Assembly: GCA_965235115.1 (NCBI GenBank)
Contig: OZ249436.1
Location: 55,864,001-55,928,000 of the forward strand
Length of the DNA stretch: 64,000 nt
Direction of reading: 5' to 3'
DNA from: Laetmonice hystrix
Lineage: Eukaryota
Both the position numbers and the translations under genes were made by a program. A model generated the notes under the pieces. It saw only the letters and a program-made list of their open reading frames with translations. It did no database searches and had not been told where the DNA came from. Below, in pieces: positions 1-12,200 of this stretch (position 1 is the first letter of the stretch; every line of letters begins with the position of its first letter).

Positions 1-232
1 AATCCAAACTGAACTAGGTAGTAAAAAGACACCAGTAAAACCTCAACAAACTTTGTTTCCCACGATAGCTAGTTATCATACCTCACTTCATTTAAGTTAC
101 CGAAGTAACAGGATAGTGTATGGTCGAGCCATTTACATGGTAGTAGTTCTACTTCCCAGTATAAGCTGGTTTTATTGCTGTTTTCAATCATACAATTTTA
201 ACAATAGTTATTAACTTAAGAACAAAACTTAC

Positions 233-3200
233 TGTTGTACTCTCACCAATCCAGTACCAAATTTGCCAATTAAGGTTGCCAGTGTCATCAATGTAAGTTT
301 TCAGGATGATGTAACAGTCAGCTTCATAGAATTTGCCAATGAGCGCTGTAAAAGCAAGAGTGGGTCAAATATCAGATTACAGCAGTCACTAGTTTGGTCT
401 TTTAAAATATCTCATGAGAAAATGTAACTTAAGAACATAGAACATAAATGTCTAGATTTCTTCTGGGAAACACCTAATAACTCATATCAACTGGGAAGGA
501 CAGGGTGCCATACTTAGGACGATGAGAAAAATTCTCCTGTCATCAGGATAATCACAGGAGAAAGGCAAAGTGCATGAGCAGTGCAGGACGGGAGCATAAC
601 GTATAATTGTTACAGTGTTGAAAAGGGGTAACCTTGTATATCTTTAGTACGCATCCTCATTCAATGATTGCTCTTTTATTTTTGTGGATTTTTTTTCCTT
701 TCTTTTTTTCAGATGATGCCAAGGTACCGGTACCGCTACAGATCTGTCATTGGACAAATCCAACACTCACACACAGAAACAGGAGAACACATCCAACTCT
801 ATGATTATTCAATATTCAATGTTTAAGGCCTGCTTATTTTCATACAGAAGACATTGTTCTGTTCACAATCAAAAGGCTCATTTATTGCCATAATCATAGC
901 AACCTCAAGAGCATCTCATGTATATATTATGAGCTAAAAAAGACATGGTTTCTTTTTCTAGCACTGCTTCATGAAAAGGATTTTAGAATGCCTTTTCAAT
1001 GAATACAACCATTTCAAGTTTGCAGTAATGCAATGCTGAGTTCCATTGCATCACTATTGTTGAGGTTTGTTGGTTTGACAAGCTGTCGACATGTCGCACC
1101 TTCCATGAGAGTGCGATGTCAATAATGCCAATTAAATGGGACGGTTCAAGAAGAAAAAGCAGAAAGTTATGGCCACAAAAGGTCACTTGTACTTACAAGA
1201 AGGAATGTCGCAAGTTTGAACGACTACGGTGTAAGAATAGGGCACAGATGTTAAACTATACATGTGATATCAAATTAAAAAAAGAGGGGGAGGAAAAAAA
1301 TGGAAGTCAAATGATACCAGACACCAAAAATTATAAGAAAGCAAGACGCCTACTATAGCACCTTTAACCTGATGACAATATTAAATCTAGGTCATTCTAG
1401 CAGTACAAAGCCCAAACTAATTTTTGGTCAAATAAAAATATACCAGAAAATGAAGCCAATCATCACTAGAACCATCAATAATGAATAACAACAATGAAGA
1501 AATCTCCCGTTTTTTATATCTTTCAAACACTTTTCTAAACACTGATGAAGTATGAATGAAACTTATTATCAAGTACATAATCTCTCCCCCCCCCCCCGCA
1601 TTAAAAATACTTTTGACAAAAGATTTATACATTTAAAGCTTTATAATTTTTACATTTTTCCTCAAAAGACCAATTAATAAATGTCAAGAGCTAATTTTCC
1701 CCCTTTTGTCCTGAGTCTCATGGACCAAAAGACCAGTCCCCAAACGTCATGTTGCACTTTTCAAACGAATACAGATTACTGTGTGAAACAAGTAGAAAAA
1801 CCTGAGGCATCAATTTACAGTTGCATTGATTAAACTGTCACTGACCATATGCTAGGCTAGGCTAGGCTGCTGAACCTAGTAACGTACATGTACACTTAGT
1901 AATAATGCTTCTTATCCTGGCCCGATTCCACCCTTGACTTTCACATGCTGGTCACCTCTGGAGCTTGTTTTTAGGTCCACCTACATGCTACGTAGGTGTA
2001 TCAAGGAATGTGTTTTATTCATTTGAATTTTTTATGAAACGATTACAATTCCGTATGGCAAGAACAACTGATGACAAATGCATCATTTATTTTCACTTTA
2101 CTGCCTTGAATGGTATCGGGCCTGTAGCAACTATCACTAGGATCTTCATCAAAGTATTATTAGGTTAAATTGAAGGTTGGTGATACTCTTAGCTCAGCTG
2201 TGCCTCCCACCCAGGCAACTGGTGCTTACTGGAGAACAAGGCATTTAGTGTTATTCTTAACTGGTTATGTGAGTACTGAGGTGGTTGTAATTACCTGCAT
2301 CTGCTAAAGACATGCATGTAATAAACAATAACATTAAATTCATGAGGTTATTAATTTAAAACATAAACAATGTCACATAATCTTAGCAACAATTAGTACA
2401 AACTTGCTTATATATGTGTGCATTCAATGCATTGATGTGATCATGCTGAACATCTAGCTCTGGATGTCGTATGAAGATATTTGATTAGCGTGAAGAGGGA
2501 GTACTATGGAGACTACTACTTCTTAATTCTTTTTTAGGTTCACTGTTTTCTGTAATTTGAACTAAATATGAATAACCTAGAAATATATTCATGCAACTTG
2601 CAGAACAAGGTGGTGTGCTTCATATGTTTTTCATTATTTTTTTAACACAGGTGTAAAGTAGAATGTATTAAAGGAAAAAATGAGAGTGACTTGCTGTTTT
2701 CTTACCTTCCTCTATAGGGTTTGGTAAAAAATTCTCAATCTCCCAGCATGTTATTCCTAAAAAGATCAAAAGATGGAACAGAGTTTTAGTGAAATGCATA
2801 GGTAAATACAATACTGATTCTTCTACTTTTCTATATTATATACAGTGAGGCACGTTCCAGTGCTGTCAATAGCCTATGTTGCAGCAGCAGACTGCAGCAT
2901 TCTTTAGCTGCAAACAGACTGGGAGTTACACAGCCCAGAATACATGGTTACTGTTTCAGAGGTTTACTATAAATATTGACACTCAGATCTCTCTTTTTTT
3001 CAGTGAAAATCAAGTGCTGCACACTACCGTTTAGGACCTCAATATATTCAGACAACGGTTTTAATGAGCAAGAATTTGGGTAATTATATAAATATATATA
3101 CTGTGTACCTGGAATCTGTCCAACATCATGACCAAATATTTCACTGTAGTCCAGGTCGGGCCTCTCCAGATTCTCATCCCACCGTTTGACTCTGTAACAA

Positions 3201-6200
3201 CAAAAAATTACTAAAGTCTACAATAAACCTCTAGACATGCACCCCTGCTGGTCTCACTAACTACAATAAACCTCTAGACATGCACCCCTGCTGGTTTCAC
3301 TAACTACAATAAACCTCTAGACATGCAGCACTGCTGGTTTCACTAACTACAATAAACCTCTAGACATGCAGCACTGCTAGTTTCACTAACTACAATAAAC
3401 CTCTGGATCTGCAACACTGCTGGATTCACTAACTACAAAAACCTCTAGACATGCACCCCTGCTGGTTTCACTAACTACAATAAACCTCTAGACATGCAGC
3501 ACTGCTGGTTTCACTAACTACAATAAACCTCTGGATCTGCAACACTGCTAGATTCACTAACTACAATAAACCTCTAGACATGCACCCCTGCTGGTTTCAC
3601 TAACTACAATAAACCTCTAGACATGCAGCACTGCTGGATTCACTAACTACAAAAACCTCTAGACATGCACCCCTGCTGGTTTCACTAACTACAATAAACC
3701 TCTAGACATGCACCCCTGCTGGTTTCACTAACTACAATAAACCTCTAGACATGCACCCCTGCTGGTTTCACTAACTACAATAAACCTCTAGACATGCACC
3801 CCTGCTGGTTTCACTAACTACAATAAACCTCTAGACATGCACCCCTGCTGGTTTCACTAACTACAATAAACCTCTAGATCTGCAACACTGCTGGTTTCAC
3901 TAACTACAATAAACCTCTAGACATGCACCCCTGCTGGTTTCACTAACTACAATAAACCTCTAGATCTGCAACACTGCTGGTTTCACTAACTACAATAACC
4001 TCTAGACATGCAGCACTGCTAGTTTCATTGGAAATCTAACATATTACATGTACTCATGAGGATTAAAATAGTTCTGCTAACTGGGGGAACCTAACTTTAA
4101 TGTGCTCCCCACTGACTATCACAGTTGGGTCAATCCAGTGTGTGCCAGCCTTTATATCCTGACCTACATATGTGTGAACTCCCAGAATCATGAGGTTTTT
4201 ATGCAATGTTCATAAATTACTGGCATTCTGAATTATATACATTTGTAGATGTACCCAATTAAATTATTAAATTTTTTCATAAATGGTTCTTACTTTACAG
4301 GTTGACCGTCCTCAACATTTGGTGTGAGACCCTGTTCCTTGTCCTTGGCTATATCTCGCATACCCTGGAGCATACACATGATATTTACTCCAAAGAAACG
4401 TAGGGGAACAAACCCATTGATTACCGGGGTACATTAACTTCCCATGTTATTAGCATCATTACACAGTATAGTAGAAATACATTGACAACATCAATGAGTT
4501 TAGCAATGACATGAAGAGCATTGTCATTTATGAAGAAACTTGTATTTTACTGACCTTTAAAACTTTGGCACTTTCACCTTCTCCATCCCGTCTCCTCCTG
4601 TTGAGCCTCATCTTCCTGGCAATGGGGTCAGAACGCTGTTCTGTGGTTAAAAAAGAGGAAAATATTGAAATAAAACAAAAATATAGAAGGTATAAATGTT
4701 TTCCTGCAGCTGTAGAGTTGTTATCGAAACACCTCCAACTCAATCTAAAAAAATATTTCTGATAGTTGTGTATACATGTATTTTTAGAGTGAACTTGGAT
4801 TTTATTCAGTAGAAATTTTGCCAGTCATCACTCACTGCGTTCATCCAAGGGTGTTGGTGGTGCAGCTCCCGCCAGCCTTAGCTGGTGTTGGAGTGAGAAA
4901 TCAATGTTGTAAAACTCTATCCCTGAGCCCTGCTGCATCTCTGGCGGCTTCGGCGGCATGACCAGATCAGGATTGCCCCGTACCTCTAGGGCCTAAAACA
5001 TAATACATCACACGATTTGAGATTCACCTCTATTGTTGACTATATAAACAAGGTTCAAGAGACTGATTTCTTGATGTTTATGGGAAACATTTTAACTACA
5101 AATGTGAGTCCTGATCAAACCCTCTTACCTCAAGATCTGTCAGGAAGTGGATAGCATCAGGCAGTGTGATGAGTCGGTTATCGTTCAGTATCAGCTTCTT
5201 CAGCTTCCCACATCTAAAGTAAAATGTTATAGAATAATCAATCTCTCAATCTCTCCATAATTCTACCATTAATACATGCCAGGTTCAGGTGTGCTGTCAG
5301 TATTTCTCGTGTGAACAGGACACATTTGTATGGCAGTTTCTGGTTAATTGCCATTTGAAGTTGAGTTTTCACTCTTACCGACAGACCCCTTCCGGAATCA
5401 TTTCCAGGTTGTTGTTAGCAGCACTGAAGATTTCCAGGTCACACAGTTTGCCAATGCCTGCCGGGATACCATTGAAGTCTATCTGGTTGGAGTTCAGATA
5501 GAGCTTCCACAGACGGGTCAGCTTACACAGTCCAGCCTGGTAACAGAAAACATATATAAATGTACATAAAATATTATCAGCTTAGTGGTGGGGTGCACAA
5601 ATGAAATGTCCATCAGATTTTGGGGCCAAGGCTGGTACGATTACTGATATAATGGGGAGCTATAGTACTTATAAATGTGAGTAATTGCATTTTCTTATGC
5701 CTCAATCTAAATGCAGGCATCTTTGATAATCAATACAATAAATAAAACCAATGCATAGAATGTTCCCTCAGTATATCATATTTATGAAGAATTGTGATAA
5801 AAAAAATACTACTTGGATCATAAACTGACCGGTAGTTCCTTAAGTTTGTTCCTGGATACATTGAGGTACTCTAGATTTACCCAAGTATCTGAAAGAAGAA
5901 TGATATGGTGCTATTATTATTCAAGTCAAGGTTTTAAGATGCCATGAGATGTTGACTGAACAAACTGTCTATATATACAGTACATGTGTACTTGGATTAA
6001 CTGTCTCAGTCTGCTTCCACTCTATCTTGTAAATATTAAAAGCATCAGATCAACCAACCCCCCCAAATAACCCCCCCCCCCTCCCCCAGAGATGAGGACT
6101 CTTTTCAGTGCATGATCCCCAGATGGTCATGAATACGGCAGTGTTTAAGAAAAAGCATATCTGACTGGAAGAGCAACACCTTATTCATTGCTGGGTATTG

Positions 6201-9200
6201 ATGAAGACTTTATTATTTCGGTAGTTATTTCTGCCATGCTTTTAATTATGACCTATTTCATTCTGATTAAGAGACACTTTAACAGCCCACTGAAGAAAAT
6301 GAGTACATGTACCTGTATTTCTAATACAATAGGTCATACCAGCTAACTCTGGCCTCAAATACCACAATTCAAAAGCAGTTGTAAGAGAATTTATCACCAA
6401 ACATGCATCATCAAATCATAACAGTGTACACTACACTTCCTTTTGGAAAGGAACATATAGCTTTATCTATTGAACAAAAGGTAGAGTCAAGCGTAGTACA
6501 AGGAAAGACATTTTGCTGTATATACCAAAGAAGTCTATGGCTAATAAATATATAACCCCTCCTCCCAGCCTGCCAACCCCCGAATAAAACAAACAAAACA
6601 AAAAACAATAAGGCAAACCATTAGTTGTCACACAGGTTTAGCCAATTTCAAAACTAGGTAACTAGTTCCACACTTTGTCTCTGAACATCTATTAAGCCAG
6701 GGGTTCAAAATAACACTAGTCCGCTCACCCGTGGCGACCAGATATTGAGGGCGATTAAATGTCACCAAGTAGGTAGTCCTGTTGGCGATCACAAAATAAT
6801 AGGCTAGTCCAGCTGGACTGCACCTGAACCAGTCGCCGCCCGGGTACCGCAACTCCCCCCATCCCCCATGGTGCTGACTGCTGGACAGGCCCAGCCTGCC
6901 ATCTACATTGTCACTGTTACACTCTTGTCTTACAACATTTTATGGAAATTGGCTTGCATTTTGTTTCTGTTACTGAAAACGACTTGCACCTAGAATGCAT
7001 CAAGATGATACAGGTTGACTATCAAGCGTGATGCCTGTACCTGTCAAAGAGCAACGGTATAAAATTCTCAGTTTTAATTTGGGGTGCTCACCAGGGCGAC
7101 CTTTTTTTAATCTGGCTTTCAAGAAACATTTTTAAAATGCTGTAAATTTTCTGCAAAAAACCTCCACTGCCTGCCTTTGTGGGATATTATGCCCTATTCG
7201 TTGACATGGGTCTATCTATGCAGGGGTGTCTCTTTTCCATAGCACCCCCTGTCTTGCAAATCCTGGATCTGCCCCCGTTAACATAGAATGTTCGTAGCCT
7301 CCAGGCGCTCAAGGACTAGTGAAAACCCACACAGGAGGACTAGTGGAGAAGAGATATCACTAGTATTTTGGGCCAGTAGCAATTTTTAGTTAGGTTGAAC
7401 CACTGCAATTCTCACATTAATAGTTCTAAACGGGTCCCTTGTTGTTGATGGCAGGCCAGTGTGGTAAACACTCACAATATGCACACAAGAATACCAGTCA
7501 GAGACGTAGCAAGTTCAGTCAATTCCTTCCACTCAAAAAGTTTATTTGTTCTTTGAGGCCTATAATTGGGGTTCACTCAACTTACAAAAATTTTATGACA
7601 TTGTGACAATGAATGGAATATTTCAAATCTTTTCGGAGGAGATTTTACAGATGATAATTAAGAGAGAAAACTAACAAAAATTTCTTTACATCAAAGGAGG
7701 AAAAATCAAGGGTGCACTTCAGTCTTTCGTAAATTACAGCTCTAGGTAAATCAAATTTGATCTCCGATGGCCATGGTACACAATGAAGTCCAAGTAAGAG
7801 TTACCATCAAAGTGATAGGTTGGTAGGGTAGGAAAACACTTACCAATTAGGGAAGCAATTTCTGTGATTCCATTGTCACTGATGTTGAGCCGCTTGAGTG
7901 AGCTGAGTTTGTACAGGGCCTCGGGGATTCGTGGGAGGGCATTGTATGACAAGTCTATGTCTACATGCAGCAACAACAAATGAGAGAAAAACAACCAGAG
8001 TAAGCAGCAGATTCCATGCAGGATTATTCCACAACAGTAACTGATGCTGGCGGTGGCTGACATGGCGGGTACTGCCTGGCAGGGCTCTCCACACTGACAA
8101 ACTTCTGAAGGCCATCAAGAAACTTCCATCTGCTAAACTCCTTCAAATCAACCGGTACAACCAAAATAACTCTGGTCTGGGAATGAATTTTTGGTCTTCT
8201 TCAAGTCCAAAGCTCAAATTTGTAACAAAGGCCAATCAATGACTGAAACCCTGAAAAATTTTGTTTTTTTTTAATCCTTTCGGGCTGAATACATGTCAAT
8301 AATTCTGACATTGGCTGTAAGTGTAATTAAAGGGATCTGAGTAAGAATAAAAAGCCTGTGAGAAGACTCAGCCAATTTTACATACAAGTGGAGGGCTCTC
8401 CGTGACAGTACCATGTACCAGACCATGCAGCTGCTATCCAACATGTATTGTGTCAACCATCGCTGGCACTGCACCAGCAGGTCCATGCAGAGCTGCATCC
8501 TGCCCACACATCGCTGGCAGACATCGCCGTCTCACTCGGCCACCCCTGTTACCTACCTATGGCAGAGGACAGAGTGGCCAGCTCATTGTTACTGATGTTG
8601 AGACGTGTCAGGGTGTGGATCTTGTACACCTCCTCAGGTAAATTGTGAAGGTCATTATACGAAAGGTCTATCTCTGAAACCATAGCGCCCACGGTTACTG
8701 CTAACAAAATGCTGTTTCTCAAACACCTATTTAGTTCCTCTGTGTTAGGTTTCGGAAATCACATAAAACACTTTGAATTCTCTGGTTGAGCTCTAGATGT
8801 TTCAACACCCTATGGACCACTGAACGTGCACAATGAGCTCCTGCATAAAAAGTGAAGGACATCAACATCAAATCAAAGAACATTTTTATACCCACTCAAG
8901 TCTGGAGAAAGTATCAACATATTCCTGAACAGAAGAATGGAATATAGCTTCTTAAAAAAATATAATCCAGTTATAATTTTATTGGCGACATGTACTGTGA
9001 AAGTGACAGTAAAGTATTTGGTCATTCAGCAACATACAGGCTGCTTCTTTTCCTGGCTCTACAGAAGTGATATAATAAATCTTTGGTTTTGAACAGCTGG
9101 TAAGATCATAGGGTCTATGGGAGCAACTGTACCTGTGAGATTGGTGAGAGAGTCAAGGCCTGAGGGGAAGTTATTCACCGTCCGCTGAGTGTTACGCATG

Positions 9201-12200
9201 TGGAGTACCTCAAGGGACAGCAGAGCAGGCAGTTGTCTGAAACAAGTTTACCAAATTTACCACACCTAGCAGGTTTTAGTTGGACCATCTGTAGCTAAAT
9301 TATTATCATCCAGACACTGAAATTTATATTTTTGGAGCATGGTCCTCTATCAAGGGACCTTATGCTTATTGATTTGTCTGACCACAGACTCTGGTTGTGG
9401 TACACGGTAGTACACAATTATTACTGACCCTGATATTGGTTAACACAAAAATCTATATCTTTCCCTTTAAGAACATTCAGTCCTCACCTGAGCTGAGCAT
9501 GCAGGAGTGGGTTGCCATCGAGGATCAAAGTTTGAAGGTGAATTAAACGTCGCATCTGGGGTGGCAGTGATTCTGGTGGATCAACAAGAAACTGGCGGAT
9601 TTCAACTTGTCACCAACCAACACATACTGTTTCTCTCTAACTCTCAACATTTTACCATTTCTACTTATAAATGCAAATATGTGTTCTCAAATTGTTGTAA
9701 CTTACCTAGATTATTGTGGCCGAGATTAAGGTACACCAGATCTGTTACATTGATAAAAAGTTGGTTCGGGATACTCTCAATCCTGGAATCATATAAACAA
9801 ATTTATTATTCTTACCAATTATGAAAAATTAGTTCTTAGAAAAGAGATAACGATCATCCCCCCATGAATGATAAGTCTACGAAGATAAGCAGGCTGTACA
9901 CAATATTTAACTAAATGAGAAACTCCACTAAAAACGCGCAATCCCTCTGAATGTTCCCGAGACTGCCTTACTGATGGACTAACTTACTGGTTATAAGACA
10001 GGTTGAGGACCAAGAGGTTGGTGGCCTCCTCCATCTCAACCGGTACCTCTTTCAGCTGGTTGTGGCTCAGGTCCTAAAAGTACCAACATCAACACTGACA
10101 GCTTGGGGAAATACAGTTTTATCATGTATCAGTAACACTTCGATATCCTGATTCCATAATAAATATTTGATGGCTTATTATAGATTTGTAAACTTTATAC
10201 ATTTTTGAGCATACATATTGGCCAATTTGGGTATCTTGTTTCCTGTTTTATAATCAAATACTCGAATCACAGATCATGACAAAACTAGTTCTCTTTGGGG
10301 GAAAAACTCACCACTACAGACAGGTCATCCAAACGGAAGAGGTTTTCAGGTATAGCTGAGTTTTTCAGTTTATTATGGGACACATTCAAAACCCGCAGGT
10401 TTGGCAGGTTGGCAACATCACTGTGCAGGTCTCGCAGGTTGTTACGCACCAGTGATAGGTGTTCCTGTAATCAGAGAACGTTTCATAAACATTCAGCAGG
10501 CAACTCGTAACATAAATTCCGTGAAGTAAAACTAAGAAGAGTAATCACTTATAAATAGCTAGGTTATTTTATCAAAAGCAAGTGTATCATTTGAAGATTT
10601 CTTTTCAAATCTTCAGTGAAGAAAACCTGTTTGTTTCAGATTTCTGAATCCAATATATTGAGTACATGTACTTACAAGTTTCTTCAGGTCAGCCAACTCA
10701 TATGGAACCGTTTCTAAACCAGTTCTGTTTAGTCGGATCCAACGAAGGCCTGTCATGTTGGCCACACACTCAGGGAACTTTTCATCCTGAAACAATCAAC
10801 CAATTGTTAAAATGCTGTTATACAATATACATGGGTGTAGATTCCTTGAACAACACCTCTATATAGCATTATGGAAATATTTATAAAATCACGACATGTA
10901 ATCACCCTGAAATTACAATGTAATATTTGGTTTGATAAGAAAACATTTATAAACAGATGAGACAGAACTTGAGAAGCACATTTACAGAGTACCGTACATG
11001 AGTTTTAAACAATAAATCCAAAACTTTCTTTACAGAGCATGCCACATTAACATCATCTATGTAAAAAATGAAGTAAACTGACATAAACTATCAAGGAAGG
11101 TCTTGAAAAGATTTGTCACTCAAAATCAAGTAAGTCAGAGAAACTAAGTAGACCTATCCCCGAAAATGCATCATTATCTTAGCAGACACACTGTTACAAA
11201 GGTCAAAAACACAAAGGTTCCAGATTCTATTGAATAAAATCATTCAGCTGGATTATCTGCAACACATCAACTCAAGTGAGTGTCAAACGCAATGCCTGCA
11301 TGCTGCATGCCATCATGAGTCACCATCATGGATACAATGGTTTTCACCACTGTTCCCCATGACAGATGTACCTTCCTTATTTTGATGGGTAAATATTAGT
11401 AGGAGACATAGTCATTTAATTTAAACCTCAAATGCACCACTTCTTAAGCAATAAGGTTATGGCTGGTAAGTGGTTGTTGACAAAATCTTGGACCTGGTAT
11501 TGATTTGAACACCCAATAAAATTCATTGGTTCATCGCCCGATGAATATCATTGGCTGTTTAAGTCAATACCAGGTCAATACGTTTAAGAGCTGTAAAATC
11601 TAATCCCCAGGTGTACTAGTACTATTGGATTTTGTTCTCCCAAAACATCCTAAAACAACTCAGCTATATAGTTCTGCATTTTCAAGAATGAAAAAGCAAA
11701 GCAACATCAAGGAACCGCATAAAAAGTAATACATCTGAAACAATTCATTCTGTCAAAGACGAATTGTTAAAAGGCTACTCTAAAAAACTATGCCATAGAT
11801 TTAACTTTAAGGTCTGCATATAGAGAACATGCTGTAACAGCAAAACTCTGCAAGATAAGCTGATGCAAATCTTTTATTTTAAAAGTTCTATCTTTACAGC
11901 CTCATCTCTGACATCCCACACATGTTCACAAGCCATACAGTACATGATATACGGTACGTTTTCAATATTATTACTTTTCAAAAGTTAAATTTTCTCTTTT
12001 CCTGGCTTTAATCTAATTCAAACTTCAAAGATTTCTGGCCAAAACAATTCTGATGCCGTATTCTCTTCTACCCAGGTCACATTTTATTTGAAACCCCTAA
12101 AAATAAAAAAATATCCCAATAAGTAAATAAAAGACCTGGAAAAAGAGGGATGATTAACCTGTGTTGTTTGCGCAGTACTATGACATTCTCTGTGGGTTAC

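Noticed and set aside
3218..4027. CRISPR-like appearance of the 43-bp array (also the 54-bp and ~36-bp arrays)
   Set aside because: Units are head-to-tail without unique spacers, there are no cas genes, and the context is eukaryotic.
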